From the IMG/VR virus record IMGVR_UViG_3300032212_000510, positions 1-48,881 of that record: DNA of 48,881 nt; one strand, written 5' to 3'. This document shows, in pieces, positions 1-8,346 of the stretch (its first letter is position 1; each line of letters begins with the position of its first letter). The DNA is from a virus (Duplodnaviria; Caudoviricetes). Under the pieces are notes generated by a model. That model made no database searches. It was given only the letters and a program-made list of their open reading frames with translations, and was not told the DNA's origin. Both the position numbers and the translations under genes were made by a program.

Positions 1-1
1 T

Positions 2-469
2 AATTTTATCTGCCGCTCTCAATTCAGCAACGTCTTCACTAAAGTCCAATACGAAGCTTAACTGAGGATCATCCTTAAATACTTTATTCATACGCTCTAC
101 ATCACAAAATCCACAATAAACATCATGTGAAATTGCTTCGCGTCTCTCCTTAACTGATTTTTGTCTCAGGGTTTTAGTCCCGCCAGTGTCTGTATCAAAG
201 TAATGCTTTGTGGCAAGCCCATTTTCAAACAGTGTAACAGATTGTTTTGCTCTATAAGTAAACCCACCTTCCTCATCATAGCGTTTGGCTTGCCTTAATG
301 CTTGCGTAACCTGTTTTCTCAGTAACTTTGAAACATCTTGCGGCTGCAAAGATAAACGTCCAGACAATCTTGCCCATTCAACAAAATCGGCAGGGTCACC
401 TGATTGTTTTCCAGTTTCCTCTATCCACTCGTCCCATAGACTTATTACTTGTTCATTATATTTTGCCAT
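2..469 (-). CDS. Hypothetical protein, third gene of the higB-higA passenger operon (runs off the window, >155 aa; not in ORF track)
   Basis: Manual translation MAKYNEQVISLWDEWIEETGKQSGDPADFVEWA...PQLSFVLDFSEDVAELRAADKI, open to the window edge. AGGAG RBS overlaps the higA stop. Confidence 0.8.
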   Translation of the reverse strand, partial: MAKYNEQVISLWDEWIEETGKQSGDPADFVEWARLSGRLSLQPQDVSKLLRKQVTQALRQAKRYDEEGGFTYRAKQSVTLFENGLATKHYFDTDTGGTKTLRQKSVKERREAISHDVYCGFCDVERMNKVFKDDPQLSFVLDFSEDVAELRAADKI

Positions 470-559
470 TATATTTTCTCCTATAATCCTGTTGGTGCAG
501 GGTGTCCCCAGCCATCTTTATGTTCCCAATCCATAAGTTTCTTATGTATGTTTTTGTGG
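433..559 (+). repeat. 127-bp exact direct repeat of 48755-48881 (assembly overlap / circularisation point)
   Basis: CCCATAGACTTATT...TTTTTGTGG is identical in both places. 127 equals a common assembler k-mer length. Confidence 0.95.
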
Positions 560-1626
560 TATTTTCTTAACCAACCCCATTTTTCCGTTCTTCGTTGTAT
601 TTGTCCAACAACCACAGAAGGGTTAATTTCAACACGGGCTGCAAAATTCAAAACATCTCTTTCTGAAATGAAGGGACTTTTTCTTTCAATAAAAGAATCC
701 AAGAGATTGCTGGGAATACAAAATTCTGATGCTTCATGGTTTGCGATCTTTTCACAATCAGGAAGATCTGTTTCACTGTTATCGCCGTCACAAATTTTTT
801 CATCGACTGGCGAAAATGTCTCTTCTTTGCCATCTCCTCTAAGAACATGCTCAATCTCATGCCTAAGAACAAAGCAAAAATTATCAGGTCTATTTAGTCT
901 TAATGTCATACCAATTACAGGCTGACCTCCCAACCATAGACACACACCATCAATTTTTGATCCCTGCAAGGATTCAACCAGTACAAACCTCACTCCGCAA
1001 TCATTTAGTATCTTTGGAATATATTTGAAATCATCTGTATCAAGCATATGTGACCTAATAGTATTTAGGTTTTCACGTAGTTTTTCCTCTGAATACAGAG
1101 GGCATTCCATATTTTCAGCTATTTTTCTTACCCTAAATAACCAAGCGTATTGAATGGGCGTCATGCCATCATAGTCTGTCTTTTTTGCAGCATGCGGTAT
1201 TACAGAAACTTCGGGATTGATAAAGGGTATATCTTCTATTTTATCCTTATTAAAGAAGCGCATGATTTGTAGATCAAGAAGTGAAGTTTCAGTATCCTCA
1301 ATCCATCCCCTTTCGATCATTTTTTTAATAGGGAACACAGATAGTTTTGCACGTTTTGAAATGCTAGGATCAGAACTTTTTGATTTTCTCAAATCATATT
1401 GATTTTGTAGATTCATAAAAAACTGTGCAGACATGCCAAAGGCATCGCCAAGAGCGATAGCATTGTCCAATGTAATATTTGTCCGTCCCTTGATAAGCCT
1501 ATTTAACTGTGTCGCGTCCATATTAAGAATGTAAGCCAAATCAGCCTGTGTCCATCCGCGATAAACTAATTCCTCGGCAATGAAGCTTCCAGGGTGTTCA
1601 ATCGGTGCTAAATTTGCGTCTGTCAT
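481..1626 (-). CDS. higA: HigA-type XRE antitoxin fused to ImmA/IrrE-family metallopeptidase
   Basis: N-terminal HPGSFIAEEL..GWTQADLA HTH. C-terminal IDG...LRLNRPDNFCFVLRHEIEH (HExxH) and EKIANHEASEFCIP. Confidence 0.88.
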   Translation of the reverse strand: MTDANLAPIEHPGSFIAEELVYRGWTQADLAYILNMDATQLNRLIKGRTNITLDNAIALGDAFGMSAQFFMNLQNQYDLRKSKSSDPSISKRAKLSVFPIKKMIERGWIEDTETSLLDLQIMRFFNKDKIEDIPFINPEVSVIPHAAKKTDYDGMTPIQYAWLFRVRKIAENMECPLYSEEKLRENLNTIRSHMLDTDDFKYIPKILNDCGVRFVLVESLQGSKIDGVCLWLGGQPVIGMTLRLNRPDNFCFVLRHEIEHVLRGDGKEETFSPVDEKICDGDNSETDLPDCEKIANHEASEFCIPSNLLDSFIERKSPFISERDVLNFAARVEINPSVVVGQIQRRTEKWGWLRKYHKNIHKKLMDWEHKDGWGHPAPTGL

Positions 1627-1925
1627 GAGTGATAATCCTTAATTTCCAACACTACTATTGTGTGTGGCACTTTTTCTTTATTTAATTCAAATATCAAACG
1701 ATATTGATCGTTTAATCTTATTGATCTTTTCCCTTCATAATTTCCTTTTAATTTCTCGTAGTGTAAACTCTTCCATGTTCTTAATTGACTCACATCTGTT
1801 AGGGAACGAATTACAGCCAACTTTCGTCTTGCTGATTTTATTACCGCTACTGGTAACTTTGTTGTTCCAGCCTGATCTGTTTCTACTAAACTGAGCTGGT
1901 TATCAGCAAAAGTGATATTAAGCAT
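1623..1925 (-). CDS. higB: HigB/RelE-family toxin (plasmid maintenance killer type)
   Basis: SLHYEKLKGNYEGKRSIRLNDQYRLIF motif and C-terminal DYH. Lies upstream of higA with ATGA overlap. Confidence 0.9.
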   Translation of the reverse strand: MLNITFADNQLSLVETDQAGTTKLPVAVIKSARRKLAVIRSLTDVSQLRTWKSLHYEKLKGNYEGKRSIRLNDQYRLIFELNKEKVPHTIVVLEIKDYHS

Positions 1926-1976
1926 AATTCATCCTTTTATAATATACATCACGATTCATAACATATCAACATATAA

Positions 1977-1998
1977 TTGACAATACCTGTCAAACTGA
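1977..1998. promoter_or_regulatory. Palindrome TTGACA-N5-TGTCAA overlapping an internal partial copy of the IS IR core (TCAAACTGA)
   Basis: Lies in the divergent higB/transposase spacer. 1990-1998 equals 2898-2906. Confidence 0.45.
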
Positions 1999-2007
1999 AC
2001 TTTATGC

Positions 2008-2036
2008 TTTACATTTGTTCGATGCCTATATATATT
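2008..2036 (+). promoter_or_regulatory. Sigma70-like promoter of the transposase (probably leaderless mRNA)
   Basis: TTTACA-17bp-TATATT, with ATG at 2043 starting 7 nt after the end of the -10 box. No SD. Confidence 0.55.
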
Positions 2037-2042
2037 TGAATC

Positions 2043-2906
2043 ATGAACAAGAAAACAACAAAAGAACGCGCACAAATTCTAAACCTACTCGTAGAGGGGA
2101 ATAGCCTTCGTGCTACTACTCGCATTATCCGTGACATTCAAGGCGGTTGCTCAATTAACACGGTTACAAAGCTACTTGAAGAAATTGGTGAGGCTTGCGC
2201 TTGGTATCAAGATAAAAACCTTGTGAACCTTCCTTGCAAACGTGTGCAAGTTGATGAGATTTGGAGTTTTGTATATTCAAAGCAAAAGAATACACCAGAA
2301 GAATTAAAGGGCGAGAATGGCGATGTATGGACGTGGACAGCTATTTGCGCCGATACTAAGCTTATTCCATCATGGCGCATCGGTGGGCGTGATGCAGCAA
2401 CAGCGCATGAGTTTATTGGTGACCTTGCAACACGTATGGCAGAACGTATTCAACTTACAAGTGATGGATTTAAGAAATATGAAAACGCGGTAGAAGCGGC
2501 TTTCGGTGCAGATGTTGATTATGCAATGTTAGTTAAAGTATATGGAGATAGCACAGAAGGGCAAAAGCGTTACAGCCCTGCACAATGCACAGGCGCGTTG
2601 CAACACACCGTTACAGGATCACCAGATCAAAAACATATCAATACGTCTTATGTAGAGCGTCAAAATCTTACAATGCGTATGTCTATGCGCCGATTTACGC
2701 GTTTAACTAATGCTTTTAGTAAAAAACTTGATAATCATGCTCACGCGATTGCGTTGCATTTTATGCACTATAATTTTGTGCGTATTCACAAGAGCCTTAA
2801 AGTTACACCTGCAATGGCTGCAAATGTAACACCAAATCTATGGTCTCTTGAGGATGTGGTAAAAATGAGCGATGCTTATCATGAAAAAAATGTTAATTCA
2901 AACTGA
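2043..2906 (+). CDS. IS1-family DDE transposase (single ORF)
   Basis: N-terminal HTH (LLVEGNSLRATTR), VQVDEIWSFV, QLTSDG, NTSYVERQNLTMRMSMRRFTRLTNAFSKK, HYNFVRIH, TPAMAA. Confidence 0.92.
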   Translation: MNKKTTKERAQILNLLVEGNSLRATTRIIRDIQGGCSINTVTKLLEEIGEACAWYQDKNLVNLPCKRVQVDEIWSFVYSKQKNTPEELKGENGDVWTWTAICADTKLIPSWRIGGRDAATAHEFIGDLATRMAERIQLTSDGFKKYENAVEAAFGADVDYAMLVKVYGDSTEGQKRYSPAQCTGALQHTVTGSPDQKHINTSYVERQNLTMRMSMRRFTRLTNAFSKKLDNHAHAIALHFMHYNFVRIHKSLKVTPAMAANVTPNLWSLEDVVKMSDAYHEKNVNSN

Positions 2907-2915
2907 GACACTACC
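2896..2915 (-). repeat. IS right terminal inverted repeat
   Basis: ATTCAAACTGAGACACTACC, perfect reverse complement of 48669-48688. Confidence 0.92.
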
Positions 2916-3010
2916 AATTTTTCGCAGCTCTTGCCATACATAACGTATTCATGATAAATATATATATGTTGCCGTGCCGTGCTTTTAATAGATATTAAAG
3001 GAGATATGAC

Positions 3011-3349
3011 ATGGCAGCTATTGCCCCTGAATCAGTTGAAGGTGTATTAAACCGTCCCTCATGGAAATGGGAAACCATAACAGAAGCGGATACGCCTGAT
3101 GGTCAGTTAATTGAAGGCGGTAAGTTCACATGTACCGTTGAGGGTGCTTTTGGTACTGGCTCTATTGAGTTTCAATTCAGTAAGACAGGTAGTAACTATC
3201 ATAGTATAGATGCTACAAACTTATCATTCAGTGCTGATGGCTCCTATAACATAGAGGTTGGTAGGGGTTATATTAAGCCAGTGCGTACTGGTGGATCATC
3301 CATGGATGTTGATGCATTCATTACAGCAATTCCTGATAATTATGCGTAG
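3011..3349 (+). CDS. Small beta-rich putative virion protein (possible head-spike base)
   Basis: AAGGAG RBS. Beta-strand-rich 112 aa directly upstream of a fibre-like gene. Confidence 0.5.
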   Translation: MAAIAPESVEGVLNRPSWKWETITEADTPDGQLIEGGKFTCTVEGAFGTGSIEFQFSKTGSNYHSIDATNLSFSADGSYNIEVGRGYIKPVRTGGSSMDVDAFITAIPDNYA

Positions 3350-3356
3350 GTAAAAA

Positions 3357-5588
3357 ATGGCCGTTCAAGTCGAGAGTCCAGTATTCCATCCAGCATATTC
3401 GATTGGGTATCCATTAACGGGTAGAGCTGGGTTAACTCAAGAGATACTTAGTTTTACTACTGCGTTACCTACTGGTTTTACAGCTACACGTTCTGGTACT
3501 ACAGCATCATATGTTGATAGTTCAGGTGATTGGCAGCAAGCTAGTGCAAATACTGCGCGTATTCATCATGATAGTTCTGGTAATCCATTGGGGTTATTAA
3601 TAGAGAACACTACAACTAATAAAGCTAATCATGCTAACTTCTCCCCAACTACAATAGGTGATATTGTGGCAACATCAGGGGACGGAACAGCTAGTATTGT
3701 TGATGATACTGCTGCTATTGCAACAGCTACAATAGACGGCTCTACTTTTGCAGACTTACAAAATGGTAACGTTATTGCGCTAGGAGGTGGAACTACTGGT
3801 ACTTTTTATCGGTTGTCTGTTGACACAGGTAACACGAATCAGCATTCATTCAGGATTGTAGCAAGAACTACAACAACGGGTTATCAAGGTCTAGTTAGAC
3901 AATCAGACGGTGATGGTCAGGCTAATTGGACAACTGACACAAATTATCATGAGATAGTATCGGAAGGCTTAACGCCGAATGCATCGACTAGATATTTAAC
4001 TGCATATGTTACTGCGGGTAAAACGGTTTACATAGCTGCTACTCAGTATGAAGAATGTGAGATTATTACAAGTCCTATAATTAATTCCAGTGCTGCTGGT
4101 TCTAATGTTAGAAATAGAGATAATATAGTGAATAGTTCTGCGTCTAATCTTGTAAATATTAATAATGGCGCGATCGTTTTCACTGGTAATTTATATAATA
4201 TAGGTAATGTTGAACAAGGTTTCTTTGGTGTTGCTGATGATAGTGGAGCAAGTGATCTAGCTGCAATGAGGGCTATTTCAGGTGATGGGTTTACTGATGC
4301 CCATTTGCTATCTGCTGGTGTTGATAATTTTACTGATAAGATAGGTAAGCCACTTACTGATGATACATATGTTTGTGGTTTAATTTGGAATAGCACTAGA
4401 GCAATCACGTTTCATGGTCATGGGGCTAATTTTATAAAAGATGAAACAGTTACCCTGCCAGTTGTCGCATTAAATGATTTTTGGTTAGGTCGATGGAAAC
4501 AATACTTTGGTTATGCTGATAAATTATTGGTTAAGCAAATAGATGTGTTTAATGGTGATGCTTCACTAGCAGATGCGATATCAGCTTTTGATAGTGATAT
4601 TGAAAAGATTTACCCTATTGCTGGGCAATCTAACGGTGCTTATATCTCTAAGAACCAAACAGTTTCAACATACACAAACGCTGGTGAGGTCGAAGCTTTA
4701 TCTCAAATGGGTACTTATTGGTCAACTGGTCGTAATGGTGTTTGTAATATGGCTGTTGGTGGTAGTGCGCTTTATCAGTCAGAGCACCCTACATTATACT
4801 GGTTTGAGGATGAAACTTTAGCTACACAAGGCCCACTATTAGTTAATTTCTTGGAAGCATTAAAAGCGCATACAAGCACGAAATTACTATCAATTGAATG
4901 GGATCAAGGTGAGAGTAACGGAGCGCGGTCTAAGGCTGATATTAAAGCTGGTGTTAAAGGTATTATAGACGCGGTTAGATCAGAGGTTCGTAGTGATATA
5001 GAGATGATATTGTCACCTCTTGGTAGACGCTCTGATGATGCTAGTGGTGATGCCCAATATAGAAGGCATTCTGAGGCTTACTTAGAGACTGTTAGCGAAA
5101 ATGCTTATGTCCACTTAGCACCCAACAAGAAACCATTAGCTTTATATGATGAAACTGGTGTAGCTGATGCTGTTCATTTATCAGATGCTGCTCAAGAAGA
5201 GCGTGTTAAACAGTCTATTAGGAAGCTTGCAGATTTAGATGGTGAAACGGTTAGCGGGCCTGTAGATGGTCCTACTTTTGGTAGTGCATCTGGTGCAGGG
5301 ACTACTACAATTACAGTTCCGGTAACTTTTCCTACAGGAATAACGGCAATTACCCCGACAAGTGGCATAGAAGGCTTTATTTACGAAGATGATGGAGTGC
5401 CCATTACAATCAATGCTGCAACATATTCAGGGGGCAATATAACGTTAACTCTTGCAAGTGCAGGAAGTGGCACACAAATTCTTTATTATTGCACAGATAC
5501 AGGTTATGGAGATACACCAGCTAATTATGCAAGGGGTAATGATAGCAATACAATGCCAGCACAAATAGCTAAGGTTTCGGTAACGTAA
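3357..5588 (+). CDS. Putative head spike/fibre protein with LamG-like and SGNH (sialate O-acetylesterase-like) domains
   Basis: N-terminal FTATRSGTTASYVDSSG...NPLGLLIE fibre motif. SGNH blocks IAGQSN, AVGGS, WDQGESN, DAVH. Confidence 0.7.
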   Translation: MAVQVESPVFHPAYSIGYPLTGRAGLTQEILSFTTALPTGFTATRSGTTASYVDSSGDWQQASANTARIHHDSSGNPLGLLIENTTTNKANHANFSPTTIGDIVATSGDGTASIVDDTAAIATATIDGSTFADLQNGNVIALGGGTTGTFYRLSVDTGNTNQHSFRIVARTTTTGYQGLVRQSDGDGQANWTTDTNYHEIVSEGLTPNASTRYLTAYVTAGKTVYIAATQYEECEIITSPIINSSAAGSNVRNRDNIVNSSASNLVNINNGAIVFTGNLYNIGNVEQGFFGVADDSGASDLAAMRAISGDGFTDAHLLSAGVDNFTDKIGKPLTDDTYVCGLIWNSTRAITFHGHGANFIKDETVTLPVVALNDFWLGRWKQYFGYADKLLVKQIDVFNGDASLADAISAFDSDIEKIYPIAGQSNGAYISKNQTVSTYTNAGEVEALSQMGTYWSTGRNGVCNMAVGGSALYQSEHPTLYWFEDETLATQGPLLVNFLEALKAHTSTKLLSIEWDQGESNGARSKADIKAGVKGIIDAVRSEVRSDIEMILSPLGRRSDDASGDAQYRRHSEAYLETVSENAYVHLAPNKKPLALYDETGVADAVHLSDAAQEERVKQSIRKLADLDGETVSGPVDGPTFGSASGAGTTTITVPVTFPTGITAITPTSGIEGFIYEDDGVPITINAATYSGGNITLTLASAGSGTQILYYCTDTGYGDTPANYARGNDSNTMPAQIAKVSVT

Positions 5589-5682
5589 CCACTATACTTT
5601 ACTCGTGCCTACATACATAGTACGATATCGTTAGTTAATTAACTTTCAATATTCAAAATAATTATAAACTAGGAGAATTCTC

Positions 5683-6312
5683 ATGGCTGATATATTAACT
5701 TCAATACACGGTGAGCGCTGTGGTTTAGGTGTGAATGACGAATTAATTCTAAATAGCAAAGTTGTTGCTGATCCACGCTCTAGCTTAGAAGGTGCTGCAA
5801 ATGGTACAGGTGTAGCTGCTGTTGAATCCGGTAACGGTATTTTCAACAAAACAGTTATCACATTTACTGATCATGCTATTGCTCTGACTGATGAGGCTGG
5901 TGTAGTGGCATATGGTGGCTCAAAGGTGTATGATTTGCCTGCTGGTGCTATTCTAATGCTTGGTGCTGTGGCAGACATTGATCTAACAAAATCAAGCGCT
6001 GGTGTTAATGCTGATTGGGATGGTGATGTTGGTGTTGGTACCGTAACAGCATCTAACAATAATACTCTTGCCACGACTGAGCAAAATATTATCCCAACTA
6101 CAGCAACTCCACAGGCTGTTGCTGGTGTAACAACTGCCAATGCGCAATCAACTTCTACTGAAAATGAAGTGATTGATGGCACAGGCACTGCTGTTGATGT
6201 GTTCCTTAACTTCCTAGTTGATGATGCAGATCATGATGTAACAACAACTGCATGTAATCTTATTGTTAATGGTACGCTTACACTGCATTGGATTAACCTA
6301 GGCGATTATTAA
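5683..6312 (+). CDS. Hypothetical, probably structural protein
   Basis: AGGAG RBS. A/T/V/G/D-rich 209 aa. Followed by a terminator. Confidence 0.6.
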   Translation: MADILTSIHGERCGLGVNDELILNSKVVADPRSSLEGAANGTGVAAVESGNGIFNKTVITFTDHAIALTDEAGVVAYGGSKVYDLPAGAILMLGAVADIDLTKSSAGVNADWDGDVGVGTVTASNNNTLATTEQNIIPTTATPQAVAGVTTANAQSTSTENEVIDGTGTAVDVFLNFLVDDADHDVTTTACNLIVNGTLTLHWINLGDY

Positions 6313-6336
6313 TCCTAGGTATTTTCAAATTAATAT

Positions 6337-6367
6337 AAAGGGTGGTATGCTTATATCACCCTTTTTT
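6337..6367 (+). terminator. Rho-independent terminator
   Basis: AAAGGGTGGTAT-GCTT-ATATCACCCTTT followed by T run. Confidence 0.75.
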
Positions 6368-6405
6368 AAGTGCCGTGCCTATGTAATTGATTAATGGAGT
6401 GCGGT

Positions 6406-8064
6406 ATGAATACTCTTGATGATATTCTTGAAAGATTAGATGAGCTGCCAGAAGATCAGCGCGAAGCAATTGTAAAAGGCGCATATGAATCGGATGCTGA
6501 TTTACCATGGATGCCATTACCTGGTCCCCAAACAGATGCATATTTTTGTGAAGCAGATGAGCTATTTTATGGAGGCTCTGCTGGTGGTGGTAAGACTGAT
6601 CTTGGTATAGGTCTTGCCCTTAATGAGCATGGGCGTTCACTCTTTCTGCGCCGTGAGCGTGAGACAGTAAAAGATGCTTTTGATCGTGTAGAGGATATTA
6701 TTGGGCACACCGATGGCCGTAATGGTGGTGATTTACTATGGAAGTTTAACCACAGTGGTATAGAGCGCAACATAAAGTTTGGTGGTTGTAAGGATGAGAA
6801 GGATAAGCAGAAATACAAAGGAAGGCCACGTGATCTATTTGTATTTGATGAGATATCTGACTTTCTTAAAAGCCAGTTTATGTTTATTAAAACATGGAAT
6901 AGGTCTGCTGCACCTGGCCAGCGTTGCCGTGTATTATGTACTGGGAACCCACCTACGACTGCAGAGGGGTTATGGGTTATTGAGTATTGGGCTGCTTGGC
7001 TTGATCCAAAGCATCCTAATCCTGCTAAGGAGGGTGAGCTACGTTGGTACACCACAGATAAAAATGGTATTGAGCATGAGGTAGATGGTGCAGGCCCTCA
7101 TACATTTAACCATGATGATGGTACCACAGAGACAATTAAAGCCAGATCACGCACATTTATCCGCGCACGTCTTGATGATAATCCATATTTAATGCAAACA
7201 GATTATGGTGCAAACCTTGATGCTCTTCCTGCTGAGCTGCGCCTAGCTTATCGTGATGGTCGTTTTGATATGAGCCTTGAGGATAACCCAAGGCAGGTTA
7301 TACCCACAAGCTGGATTACAGCCGCACAGGAACGTTGGAGAGAGAGATTTAAGGGTAAGGCTCCTGATTATGTACCTATGTGTGCAATTGGTACTGATGT
7401 TGCGCAAGGTGGTAAGGATGAAACTGTGTTTGCTCCGCGTCATGATGGATTTTATACAGAGCTGATTACTGTGCCAGGCAAAGATACACCCACAGGGGCT
7501 AGTGTTGTTGCTTTATTGGTGCAGCACAGGCGTGATGGTGCCCTACCCGTCATAGATATGGGTGGTGGTTATGGTGGTGCCACATCTGAGCGATTGGATG
7601 AGAACAATATTAACCATTCAAAATACAAGGGTGCAGCCGGATCAACAGCAAAAAGCAAATGTGGCTCTTTCTATTTTGCTAATAAACGTGCAGAGGCTTA
7701 TTGGAAGTTTAGAGAGGCGCTTGATCCTGAGCAGCCTGGTGGTAGTGATATTGCTTTACCTGATGATTCTAAACTTGTAGCTGATCTTACCGCACCAAAA
7801 TTTGATGTGAAGCGTGCCAAGAGTGGTATGGAAGTTAAGATCACACGCAAAGAGGACTTGGTAGAAGCCCTTGGAAGATCACCAGATAGAGGCGATGCTG
7901 TAATAATGGCGTGGACAGATGGGGATAAGGCTGACACGCACGCAAAATTATGGCATAGTAATAATGGTAGTCCATCTGTTAGTATGGGCTATGCAAATCG
8001 TAGGGGAGGCTCATACACTGGTGGACAAGCCAGTATGGGTTATTCCAATCGCAGGCGTAGGTAA
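6406..8064 (+). CDS. terL: Terminase large subunit
   Basis: Walker A YGGSAGGGKT, Walker B FVFDE, motif III TGNP, nuclease IGTDVAQGGKDET and SPDRGDA. Start placed at ATG 6406 after GGAG. Confidence 0.93.
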   Translation: MNTLDDILERLDELPEDQREAIVKGAYESDADLPWMPLPGPQTDAYFCEADELFYGGSAGGGKTDLGIGLALNEHGRSLFLRRERETVKDAFDRVEDIIGHTDGRNGGDLLWKFNHSGIERNIKFGGCKDEKDKQKYKGRPRDLFVFDEISDFLKSQFMFIKTWNRSAAPGQRCRVLCTGNPPTTAEGLWVIEYWAAWLDPKHPNPAKEGELRWYTTDKNGIEHEVDGAGPHTFNHDDGTTETIKARSRTFIRARLDDNPYLMQTDYGANLDALPAELRLAYRDGRFDMSLEDNPRQVIPTSWITAAQERWRERFKGKAPDYVPMCAIGTDVAQGGKDETVFAPRHDGFYTELITVPGKDTPTGASVVALLVQHRRDGALPVIDMGGGYGGATSERLDENNINHSKYKGAAGSTAKSKCGSFYFANKRAEAYWKFREALDPEQPGGSDIALPDDSKLVADLTAPKFDVKRAKSGMEVKITRKEDLVEALGRSPDRGDAVIMAWTDGDKADTHAKLWHSNNGSPSVSMGYANRRGGSYTGGQASMGYSNRRRR

Positions 8065-8148
8065 TCCTTACCCGCCATTTAAGTGCCTAACATTAAGTGC
8101 CTATTTTGAAGTGCGTTAGTTTTCCACAATATTTTATGGAGATTCGCT

Positions 8149-8343
8149 ATGGGCAATCCATTTAAGAAACCAAAGGCACCACCACCGCCTCCACCACCTA
8201 AAGAGCCTGCAACTATGCCTGTGGCTGATGATATGGGCATTAAGCTTGAAAAGCGCAAGCAAGCAGCTACACGCGCGCAGCGCTCTGGTCGCGCTAGTAC
8301 AATTCTTACACAGGGTGCCGGTGGCGGTACATTAGGTGGGTAA
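8149..8343 (+). CDS. Small Pro-rich virion/assembly protein preceding the portal
   Basis: MG..KPKAPPPPPP...GRASTILT...TLGG pattern typical of the pre-portal gene in T7/BPP-1-like podoviruses. GGAG RBS. Confidence 0.7.
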   Translation: MGNPFKKPKAPPPPPPPKEPATMPVADDMGIKLEKRKQAATRAQRSGRASTILTQGAGGGTLGG

Positions 8344-8346
8344 AGC

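Larger units (their letters stand above)
1..2915 (+). mobile_element. IS1-family (ISMhu11-like, passenger-carrying) element, right part: passenger operon, transposase and right IR
   Basis: DDE transposase 2043-2906 ends inside a 20-bp IR (2896-2915) whose reverse complement GGTAGTGTCTCAGTTTGAAT lies at 48669-48688. Flanks CATTTTTC (48661-48668) and AATTTTTC (2916-2923) match 7/8, like a target-site duplication. Confidence 0.85.

Noticed and set aside
285-1402. Plus-strand ORFs over the higA region and the many antisense or nested ORFs in the track (e.g. 21972-22613, 23841-24350, 6567-7055)
   Set aside because: They are shadows of well-supported genes on the other strand or frame, with no RBS or recognisable motifs.
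2933-2959. dif-like site GCCATACATAA-CGTAT-TCATGATAAAT
   Set aside because: The spacer is 5 bp rather than 6 and the XerC arm is poor. Better explained as the promoter (TTGCCA at 2931) of the 3011 gene.
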